Assembly (NCBI GenBank): GCA_032718475.1
Contig: JAUCBJ010003798.1
Coordinates: forward strand, 1 to 61,544
DNA from: Nemertoderma westbladi
Taxonomy: Eukaryota; Animalia; Xenacoelomorpha
DNA length: 61,544 nt
Reading direction: 5' to 3'
Shown here: piece after piece, positions 24,293-35,100 of the stretch
Layout: each line of letters begins with the position of its first letter
How positions within the stretch are numbered: position 1 is the stretch's first letter
Notes under the pieces: model-generated
Databases searched by the model: none
The model's input: the letters and a program-made list of their open reading frames with translations, nothing else
What the model was told of the DNA's origin: nothing
Translations under genes and position numbers: made by a program

Positions 24293-24599
24293 GATCATAA
24301 ATTTCGCCTCGCTAGTTAGGGCTGCTTAATAGTTTTTCTTACAGTAGAATTGTAGTGCAGTTGTTTTAGTTTCAGCTTTGCGACTTGTAGGCCTATAGTT
24401 AGCATGATAAAGGAAGGATAAAGTGATCTTTAGGTGCCGCTGTAATTATATTATATAAATGCCAGATATTTCAACCCAAAATTGTAAATGTGGACAAATA
24501 CAATTAAACAGGCCTTCTTCAGTGGCTCTGGTACCTAATGTACCTAACTACAGAAACTCTACAACCCGACCGGACCGAGCAACAGCAGAAAAAATAGTT

Positions 24600-25717
24600 T
24601 AAAATAAATAAAAATAAATAAATAAAAAGGCTATCCAGGCAAATATTTGCACTAACAGATAACCTATCGACAACAGTGGGTCAAATTAAACGATAAAACT
24701 AACAACATTTTAGAAATAAAAAACAAAACAGTATAGGATAGAATAGAATAAAGTAACAACATGGAAAAATGCCCAATACTAATTGAAACAGTTGGAGTAG
24801 GCAATTAATTAGTATACAGTAGCAGTAGGCACAGCGTGGGAACTACTATTTACAATAACTTATTACAGAAAATGAAACTAATAAGAAAACTATTGAAACA
24901 TACAGTAGGTAATTAATTATTATTATAGGCACAGCATGGGAACCAACCTATAAAAAAAACTACTGTAATTTAGAAAAACGAAAACAAAAATAATCCGTTG
25001 ACATACAGGAGGCAATTAGTATATGTCCGTCTATAACTGGCGATTGAAATGGCAGTAAAGAAGAAAATCAAACTTTAGAAGCTTCTGACTAAACATTTGC
25101 AGGGAAGAAGACTCAACTATATGACCGGGTAATGAGTTCCATAAGGGGATGGTTCGATTGCAGAAAGTTTGTTTGGTTATCAGTAAGCGGGAGTATTGCA
25201 TTTGGTATTTTCTACAGTGGCCCCGTAGGCCGTTACGAACTGCCAGTTCAAAAAATTGATCAAATTCTAAATTAACTAGTTTTCGATCAATCCTAAATAC
25301 CATTTTCATGTCGAAAATGTGACGCCTAACTTCTAGTGGCTGGAGTTTAAAATATGTAAGCCTTTTACAATAGTCAACATACGGTAATCCAAGACGAATG
25401 AATAATCTACGGCTAAAATACCTCTGTACACGATCAACTAAATCAATATCAGACATTAAAGAGGGAGACCATACTGGTGTACAATATTCCACAAGGGGGC
25501 GTATGTATGATTTATAGGCAAATATTAACGCACCACAGTTCTCGGTTACAAAACATCGAAATAGCATATTGGTTACTTTAAATGCCTTTGTTGCCTGTTC
25601 AGTGTTACAATGTTTGGAAAACTTTAGGTCGTCATTTGTAGTGACACCTAAATCCCGACAAAACGTTTTTGCTGGGAGGTCAAAGTTATCAATCTGGTAA
25701 GTAGTTCTCGGGTTCAA
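24600..25717 (-). mobile_element. 5'-truncated CR1-group LINE (RT C-terminus + 3' UTR)
   Basis: RDLGV, YKSYIRPLVEYCTPVWSP, VQRYF, LEVRR, LRGH, FCNRTIPLWNSLP; AT-rich tail near 24600. Confidence 0.85.
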
Positions 25718-26001
25718 ATCGCCAACTAAATGTAGGTGGTAGTTTGTTTTTTACAAACTTTATCCTTCCTTTATTATGCATACGACGGTGCTCAGGGCGA
25801 GGAACTACTTCAAACATAGTTAGCATGAATAAACATATCGTAATATATAATATAGTACATTTCTATTGCACTATGACCTCAGGCATATTTGTCGATTAAG
25901 TATTGATTAATATATTGATTGTTAGTTATGGACTATAAGCTAGGTGACAAAAATTGACCTAATAATAATAATAATTTGATTGATTTACTGATATGGTTTA
26001 C

Positions 26002-26165
26002 CTCATTTCGCATGTCTAAATCAATGATTTTATCTATAACGACACCCAGAGAAACATTCATGACATGATTTTGATCCTTTAGTGGGCGGATTGTTTTCAC
26101 GTATTTTCCACTATGCATCAAATCGTGGATAAGTTTATGAGCCTCGTGATGAGAATCAGCAGTTA
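26002..26165 (-). CDS. Cys-loop channel exon 2
   Basis: Acceptor ttttccAG, donor GTaaac. (V)TADSHHEAHKLIHDLMHSGKYVKTIRPLKDQNHVMNVSLGVVIDKIIDLDMRNE has the nAChR N-helix, YxxxxRP and IIDLD. 164 nt. Confidence 0.9.
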
Positions 26166-26421
26166 CTGGAAAATAAATGAAGATTTGTTATTATTACAAA
26201 GATACCCCCCCCCCCCCCCCCCCCCCCCCCGCAGGTAGGGGGGGGGGGGGGGCATACACATGCAGGCCATCCTGCTACCGGTAATTATAATGAATCGAAG
26301 AAAGTTAACAACTTAGACCCACAGACAAAAACAAGTGTAGATTAGGGGGGTTCTACCCCCCTATTCTACCCCCCCCCCCCCCCCCGCCCCTACTACTACT
26401 ACCCATACTGTAGCTACTCAC

Positions 26422-26482
26422 CAGATGATATGATACCCGTGCAAATGATCGTTAAAATCATTCGACAATGAGCAATAATCAT
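26422..26482 (-). CDS. Cys-loop channel exon 1 (signal peptide)
   Basis: ATG...MIIAHCRMILTIICTGIISS followed by donor GTGAGT; phase 1 matches exon 2. Confidence 0.75.
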
Positions 26483-26497
26483 TTCGTTGGAAAAAAT

Positions 26498-26689
26498 GAC
26501 ACTGGAGCAGTAACGCAGACAGCAGGCCTACCGACACTGGAGCAGTAACGCAGACAGCAGGCCTACCGACACTGGAGCAGTAACGCAGACAACAGGCCTA
26601 CCGACACTGTAGCAGTAACGCAGACAGCAAGCCTACCGACACTGTAGCAGTAACGCAGACAGCAGGCCTAAGACACTGTAGCAGTAACA
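26498..26689. repeat. 35-bp minisatellite, ~5.5 copies, just upstream of the channel ATG
   Basis: Unit gacactggagcagtaacgcagacagcaggcctacc. Confidence 0.93.
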
Positions 26690-28449
26690 ACAACAACTGT
26701 TGCCACACTGTCAGAAAAAAATGCGAATGAAGTGAAATAGTTTTTCCATAACCAACTACGGTGCTGATGTTATTTACAGCGTTATAGGTTGTAGGAATAA
26801 GTCCTTGAACACCCAATTTTGTTCCCCCTAAATATATAGTATATCACCCTCTACATAGAGTGTGGTCCAGCTATCTGTAGCGTGCGGAGAGTACAATCCT
26901 CACACGCAATGGCCAATTAATTAGTGGCTGTGTGGGTTTTACAACCGAAAGAGAAACACAATGTAGCCATCCATAGCTCTCAATAATTATTGCCGTTGGG
27001 CCTTAATTGATTAGCTGCAACCATAAGCTACCTACCTACTAAGAGTTTGTGTGGATGGACATCCAATATAAACAAAACAACCTGCTACTAAATATTGCTT
27101 TTATTGATATTGATGTACCAATTGCGTTTAGTGTTCGTAGCTCAATAATAAGTTGTCGATAGGCCTCGATATGCGATCCCAAGTGGTTTAGGCGAATTAC
27201 CATCTATAATCGGCATACTGCATCGTAGCTGCATTGAGAAGCCCTGCGTGATCCCAAGTAGCTAAAGATAAAGCTCACCCGCATGCTCAAGCACGACATC
27301 CTTGTATGGAGCAAATGCCCATACGATAAGACATTTCCTGAGCACTGTTTACTTCAACTGTCCAAAAAGCTGCTCCAGTGAGTTGAGAAGTCCCTTGAGG
27401 TTCTGTGATAAAGTCTATATCAGTTAGGTGCTTGGTTGGATTTATCTTCTGACACCAGTATACATACAGTAGGTGGTTTGCCTTTACCCCATCTTCATTA
27501 TGGCAATCTTAGGACATGCAGGTAGTGTAGCAAGCGCAATGATCACTAAGGGACTCATACCGTGCATAGCTACAGTGCGAAGTTGGATCTATGATGTATG
27601 GAGCCCCTGTTTTTCTTACACAACACATTCCAGAGATGAAATCCTGAAGATGAACTGATTCTCGGTTGTCATTATCGCGTTAGACTCACGCCGACTCACA
27701 TTTCGTTGAGGATTTTTGTAATATTTGAATTCTGTTTTTTTTAATCTAAACATTTGGATAAAATTTTTATGTTAAAAGATAACTAAGTAAAAATATTTTA
27801 AAAGTACAGTGCAATACAATATACAGTAAATAAAGAAGGACAGCGGCCCAACGAGTTTTATACCCATGAGACCTTTAATGATTTTTTCAATTCTCAAATG
27901 AGGCCAGTATTACCATCTGCTGTAGAGATGTGATTGGCCCATGTCGGTTTGATTATCCGAACCTGCTAGAGCGTACGAGTACATCGCTTACCGAAGGTTG
28001 AAATACTCTAGCAATTACATTACAAACGGTGGGGCGTTAGAGAAACAACCGGCCAATACAAATATGTCAATGACTTTATTGATTTGTGTAGAATTAATTT
28101 CGCGTTTCCAAATCATGTAGCGGGACATATCTTACAACTTTATATCACAGTGCGAAAATTTTCCTCAGAATGTCATTACGTCACACGTGTGTAAGGAGTG
28201 CTCTGAGCATACCCTAGAAGATAAAAAGTTATAGTTCAACCCCCCCCCCCCCCCCCCCCCCCATTTTAATGGATATTGCACACTTACAGTTACACCGCAG
28301 TTATTCTTCGATTCGTTGCTACTGAAGGAAAGCTGACCGTGTAAGGATTTCAAATACTGTATGAAACACAATCTGAATTTCGAAGCAAAATAGCGGAGTT
28401 ATGAGCGTTCAAAAGTTGCGCGAGGCTATTTTATTATATTTAATAAATA

Positions 28450-28580
28450 AAATGAATGAATGGATGAATATTTATTTACTTAATTATAGAAACAGTTTAA
28501 CAATTAAATTTATAATATTCAGTGGAACCAGGCAAATAGCATAGCTAGTGCTGCCTGAGTTCCACTGAAGAGCCTAAGGA
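28450..28580 (-). mobile_element. LINE/SINE 3'-end remnant with a strong stem-loop and (ATTC)n tail
   Basis: TTCAGTGGAAC-CAGGCA...TGCCTG-A-GTTCCACTGAA hairpin (28518-28569), then on the minus strand AATAAA and attcatccattcattc. Confidence 0.5.
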
Positions 28581-29269
28581 AAGAGGGGCGTACTCCCGGT
28601 AATGGATAGTTAAATTACAGTAATAATAATAAGTGAATTGTTGTGGGGTGAATGACGGTGAATTAAATATATTATGTAATTCAGTATTACGTTCGGGAAG
28701 AAACAAATTAAAATTACAAATTAAAAATGCTGGAATGATCCCAGTTTATTGTGGTTATTATTAAGGTAATACAATATACAGTATATATTTAGCGTTAGCG
28801 CTAATGAAAGATTTATATCGTCAAAATTTTGTATTTTTATTTTTTTTATAACAAAATGTCGAGAAGCTGATAGCTCGTTATTTCCTATTTACAACCATCG
28901 CATCGATATGTATATTTATTTTTTTAAATGTATTTGCGTTTTATATTATAAACTTTGTAGCCCGATTAGTCTCGTTACATGCATATTCTTACCATAATGT
29001 TGGCATGTTGAAAAAGGTTGAAATGATCTTAGTTTTTTTTTATTTTCTAGTATAGTATAAATAGGTATATATATATAAATATTTACTTGTTACCTAGGTT
29101 ACGTCAGCTGGTGGTGGGACAATGTTTGTTTTATATATTAATATTAAATGAGAAAAAATTTAAGGGGGCACTTAGAATTATTACAGAATACAGTATATTT
29201 ACGGTATACTAGTATATATACGCGGTATAGTATATATATACGGGATAATAGTATATTTAGTGTATCTAC

Positions 29270-31177
29270 GGTGGGGTAGCTCATTTGGTTGAGCGCCGGG
29301 CCTGCAATCTATTGGTTGTAGGTTCTGCCCCGCCAGGGTCCACTCAGCCTTTCATCCACTGGGGTCGATAAAATGAGTAACTCAGCCAGACACTCCCAGA
29401 TATTCCCATTGGCGATATCTCTTTTGCAGAAGTGAAGGCTGCTGCAAAGAGCATTAAGACCAATCGTGCCAGTGGAGTAGATGGTGTTCCCCCTGAGGTC
29501 TTTAAAATACCTGAGTGTTTAAAGCTCATCTATCCCATCATAGTAGACATGTACCGAACAACAAGAGTCCCACAAGTAATGAAAACAAATAAGTTGGTGC
29601 CAGTTCCCAAGAAGGGCAACCTAACACTCTATGGTTCTTTTCGGGGAATCTCATTGATCTCGATTGCTGCAAAGCTATACAATAGGATTCTATTAAATCG
29701 CATCAGGGATCCCATTGAGAGACTGCTCCGTGGAAATCAGAATGGGTTCCGTAAAGGTCGTGGGACCATGGAGCCCATTTTGGCACTTAGAAGGATAATT
29801 GAAGAGTTATCAAAAAAGAAAGACAGGCATCTGGCTGTTATCTTTGTTGACTTCTTCAAGGCCTTTGATTCAGTCTCTCGCTCACGTATGTTCAGCATAC
29901 TTTCATTATATGGGATTCCTGATGAAATTATTGCAGCAATCAGATCAGTATACGATGGTTCGACAACATTTGTGTCTACTGTTGACGGTGACACAGAACC
30001 ATTTGAAGTGTTATGGGGTGTCCTCCAAGGAGACACACTTGCACCATTCTTGTTCATTATTGTGGTTGACTATGTTCTACGCATGTCCTTAGATCATTAT
30101 AATGATGATGGGGTGATGATAACTCCACCTACTGGCTCCAGAAGTCGAGGAAATCCTGCCAAGTACCTACAGTAACTGATCTAGACTTTGCTGATGACTT
30201 AGGAATACTCTCAGAATCATTAGAGGGAGTCCAACGGCTCCTCAGCTCATTAGAACATGCTGCTTCTAGTGTTGGTCTTTTTATTAACTCCAGAAAGACC
30301 AAAATTCTGACAGTTAACTTTGAAAGTCCTCAGCAAGTCTCTGATCGGATGAGGATCGGATCGTATGCTTGAGCATGTGGACGACTTCTGTTACTTGGGA
30401 TCATGGATCCGGAAGTCAGGTGAGGACCTTCGAATACGTAAGGGAAAGGCATGGGCAGCCTTGAATAGGCTTTCCAGGATTTGGAAGTCACCGAGAATTA
30501 ATCGGAAAGTTAAGGTCCGATTATTTAGAGCAGCAGTAGTTCCAGTACTCCTCTACGGGAGTCCATGCTGGGCTCTAACTGCTGAGGACACCAAATCTCT
30601 GGATGGCACATTCACAAGAATGCTACGCCGGGTTCATTGTGTCAAGTACAATGCACACATCTCCAACCAGACACTATATAACATTGGAGGTGTCTCATTG
30701 GTTCCCCCAAGCTTGACACTAGAACAAAATCGCCTCCGCTTTGCAGGACATTGCTTTCGCCGTGAGGACCAGCCAGTGCATAATCTTGTACTTTGGCAGC
30801 CTCATGGAGTGAATAAGCATGGTGGACAGCCCATGACTTTCTTGAGACGCATCTTAAAGGACACTGGCCTTAAAGATGCAGATGATCTAGCCAATGTCAT
30901 GGGTGATAGGGAGTTGTGGCGGTGCAATTTTGTTGACAAGCCGGCACAGCATTCTTAAAAATGCAGCTGCAATGCAGCATGCCGATCCTAGTAGTAGGTT
31001 CTGCCCCGCCAGGGTTCACTCAGCCTTTCATCCACTGGGGTCGATAAAATGAGTACCAGTTAAATAACTGGGAGCAAATATAAATATTGGGATAGGAGTA
31101 GCGCCCACCCCTACCCTCGGGTAGCAGCTATCGAAAGAGGAGCCTTCGGGTCGCCTCCGGCTTCGGCCTTTTTTTTA
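29270..31177 (+). mobile_element. tRNA-derived SINE with a Meta/MESC-like core, split by an RTE insertion
   Basis: A-box-like gtagctcatttggttgagc and B-box-like ggttctgcccc; core ctcagcctttcatcc...ggtcgataaaatgagtaccag; 3' part 30994-31177 ends in a T-run. Confidence 0.75.
29380..30993 (+). mobile_element. 5'-truncated RTE-clade LINE, copy 1 (frameshifted)
   Basis: VPVPKKGNL..FRGISL, QNGFRKGR, VDFFKAFDS, GVLQGDTLAPFLF, DLDFADD, YLGS; (TAG)n tail; 62-bp TSD at 29318-29379 and 30994-31055. Confidence 0.93.
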
Positions 31178-31849
31178 CAGTATATTTACTTTGTAAAAAA
31201 AAAAAATAAATAAATATATAGGAATATCTCTATAATTATCAATTTATTTTACAGTATGGATAATCCTTATATACGTATTCTAATTGTTTCATTATTAAAA
31301 ATCTGTTAGGTTATTGTAATCTTACATGTACAAGATAAATAATACCTATTGTATCTGGTTAGCTCGTAGACACTGTATATTATTATAAGCTTATATTTAA
31401 TAAGACTGCTTGTAGTCAGTTAGCTGTTGTTTGGTTACCCACGTGTATACTGTGGTATATTTCTAATTGTATCTGTGTAACTGTAAGTCACTGATAGAGT
31501 ATTCTCATTCCCTCTATACAGTATGCCATTGCCTGCGATTTACACACTAACCCCTTGTGCCTTTTGCTACTCGACAATTAATGACAATGCACAATGATAA
31601 TAGTTTCCATTGTAGTTCATGTAATTTAAACTTTCGCCTGCAGTGCGGAACTTATTTATCACCCCCAGTCTTTCCCAAGCTCATCTCAGATTTTACGCCC
31701 TCCTTCTGTATTTTCTGTTGCGCCCAAATATTTCAATTTTCATCTATCTCTGACGATGATCCAGATATGTTTTTTAATTAGGAGCCCGCTTGACAGAGGG
31801 ATACTTACTGTAAAAAATCGCAGGGATACTTGCTGTAAAAATCTCAGGA

Positions 31850-32136
31850 TATATAACACTGACTGACTGACTGACTGATAATTATCCAGGTTCAGGCACT
31901 TCCTGCCTGGCGATTTTGATGAAATTTGGCAAGTACATTGCTTTGGTGATTCATAATCGCGTTACAAAATTTCAGATCGATTCTCTGTGTGGTATTCGAT
32001 ATATTTAGTTTTATGACATTATTTTGTCGCGAAATTAAAAGCAATGGCAAAATAACAGCTGGTGTTCATGATGAAATATGGCTTAATATGTCAGAGTTAT
32101 ACGTATAAAACGTGTTGGTTGCCAAGTTTTACTAGT
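31850..32136 (+). mobile_element. Possible non-autonomous Helitron/HINE-like element
   Basis: (ACTG)n microsatellite near the start, gatgaaatttgg/aaatttcag internal motifs, ends in CTAGT. Confidence 0.4.
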
Positions 32137-32140
32137 AGGC

Positions 32141-35100
32141 TATAAGGGACAAAGGGGTTAGCATGTGGGGATAATGGCAGCAGGGAGTGCCAAAGGAGAG
32201 ACTATAGGTTAGCCAATGATGGTACAGGATAAAACCTGATTGGAGTGCATCCATTTGCCAGGCCACGTAGAGCAGTATGAATATTCAATATGTGTTGATA
32301 ATATAACCGTTGCATTTATTGCTTATAGTTCAGTTGGTATGTGTAGAGCTGTGGGACCGGAATGGTTTTTAACCGTCGTCATTTACCATGCTATTATATA
32401 TGATATTATATTCTGACATTATGAACAACTGCCACTAAAACTCAGTTATTCAACCGGCCTTCGGACTTTGCTAAACTCAGACACTATCAGGCCTTTCATC
32501 AGTCCACGGATGTGGCGACGCGTGTAAGCCAAAAGCGAACACATCCGGTTGAGATTCTCCTGCCAACTCAAGAATCTCTTCACAGTTAAAAACATCGAGT
32601 CAACACCCATCGGAAGCAAAATAAACTGTGAAGAAAACCACGCCAACGAAACGATGAGTGAACAAACGCCTCAAGGTCCAGAGGGAGAAGCGAGCCCACC
32701 ACGCACCCCCATCGATAGAGACCAAACGATTCAGGAGGCAGCGACGAGTCAGTACCAGCCCGCCACAAGGAGGAGAGCGGTCGAGTACAAGGAGGAGAGG
32801 GGAGCAAGTCGACACGAGATCAGAGTGGCGAACGAGGTATCGGTGTCACTGGCCAACCAGTGGCCGAGGGTGGTGAGCGGCCCACCGGAATGGCAACGGT
32901 GGGGCCAACGGTACAACGCCGGACGTGGAGAGAGGGTCAAGTTCAGGAGGAAGACATTGGGACGAGCGATCGACTACGAGAGGGTACAACGCCACGAGGA
33001 AGTTACTAAAGGATGCTAAAACCGGAGGAAAGGTAGACCAGCCCAAGTTGTACCGGAGACTCGGTGAGTGCAATAAACATTTCCACTACCTAGTCCGATT
33101 TGGGCAGGGGAAACTAGCAAATGAGAGGGCGAGGGGGGTTGCCACAGAACTGTTCGAATTGTGGCGATCCGAGGTGATGCCACCTAGTGTAGTGTACGTA
33201 GGGCCCTATCTAGTGGATGCACAGGGGATTAAGTTAGTGGGATGGGCGGATCTGCACGAGGCCGAACCCGAGGTTAACCCCGAAGATTCGGTGTCGTCGG
33301 TCAGTAGAAATGCTAGCAGGCACAGCAAAATTAGTAGAACGAACAGGCGAAGGGTGTCCGTAACAACTAAAAAGTCCGCTACATCCTCCGCGAAAGCAAG
33401 AAGGGTGCTAGAGATAGATCTGGTATGTCAGCTAGACATAGTCGCGCTAGACCAAAAAGAACTAGAGAGACAGCTGGATGAGGGGACTGCGTTACTAGAA
33501 AGGGAAATGGAACTAGCGAGAGAGTGTAAAGAGAAGGCTGGAAAGGTGGCGAGAAATTATAGAGAACGTGAGGAGAGGGAAAGGAGTGAACGTAGAGAAC
33601 GGGATGAGAAAGGAGTGAGCGTGAAGAGCGGGAGGTGAGAGAGGCGAACGAGCGTGAAGAGCGGGAGGCGAGAGAGGCTAACGAGCGCAGAGAGCGGGTG
33701 GCGAGAGAGGCGAACGAGCGCAAAGAGTGGGAAGCGAGGAAAGCTGAGAGGATTGAGAGAGAAGTGAACGAGTGCAGAGAACATGAGGCGTGGGAGGCAG
33801 AGTTAGCTGATCAGAGTGTTAGAGAGGATAGAGAGAGAGAGAGGGCAGGTAAAAGAGTGAGGGATGATATGCATACCCGGTTGAGGGGGTTAATGCAGTA
33901 TCAGGGGAAACAAAAACGCCGATTAGAACTAGCAAAAATGGGTTTATCAGAGAGCGAGGCTGGTTCGGGAAGTATTTATGAGGAACCAGGGGTGATGGAA
34001 ACCGTTGTTAATACCCCGCTTACAGTTACCGGACGACAGACCCAGGACTGGTATTGCAGATAGGTGTATGGGCCCCAATATAATGACATCTACCCCAGTG
34101 CCAAATATAACATCGGTGGGGGGGGGGGGGGGGGGCAGGATGACATTCCCCCATTACTGTATCCGCAAGACACACAGCCAAAAATAATAAAATAAACACA
34201 CAAATCATGTGACACAGAGATATGGAGGGGACCGTTACCCCCGATGATATATCCCACTCAGGGAAAGTCGACGAACCTGAGAGGTGAAGCACAGTCAACA
34301 TTGAAGGAGCCTGCATCCGTACCGTCGAGCGTGCTGGAAATTCAAGCGATGGGAATGGCAACACTCATCGACGCGCTAAAAACTAGAATAGAGCTGCCAC
34401 CCATGGAGCCTTTTAAGTTAGATGGTAGCAAGCCGGAAGAATATCTATAGTTCCGGAGGATGTATAGCAATGAGATCTTAGCGAAAAATCTCACACAAGC
34501 GGAGTGCATTAAATATCTACAAGTTTATACAGGGGGGCCAGCCTACGGCATCGTGAGGCAATACCAAGGAAATGAAGGAGGATATACAACCGCGTAGAGA
34601 GCCCTAGACAGGGAATTTGGCCATCCTGCGAAGATTATCCGACAAACCTTAAGGGGAATAACATCAGGCAGACTCGCAGATAACCCTGTTAGCATCAAGA
34701 CCTTATTCGCTAACAAAGTAGAAAAGGTGCTGATAGTCTTAAAGACCCTAGATGCACCATATGAACTCAATGCATCGAACAACATCACGACCATAGCGCA
34801 GGCACTACCGATTTGGTTAAGGAACAAATGGAGAAAGATCGCTTTCTCCACTCGAGAGAAGAAGGGTGCGGAGCGGAGCCAGGGTTGGAGGTGATGTCGA
34901 ACTTCCTTAACTACGAGGTGGAGCTAATAACAGATCCAGTCTATAGTGAGGACAGTCTAGGAAAAGTAATGCCTAGTAATGCAGGTAACGGAATACCCGT
35001 ACGGTAATACGGTAACTAAACCCGAACATAGTGTGGCGAATGCATTTCTGAAGGTGAGGCAGTCGCTACCGTATGCAGCCACACAGGGGACTACAAGTCC

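Noticed and set aside
27000-27700. Coding-like stretch with a Cys-rich motif (HCACYTTC..DCHN) on the minus strand
   Set aside because: Multiple stops and no family that I can identify; at most an old transposon relic.
29270-29340. tRNA gene
   Set aside because: No proper cloverleaf or acceptor stem; it continues into a SINE core, so it is a SINE head.
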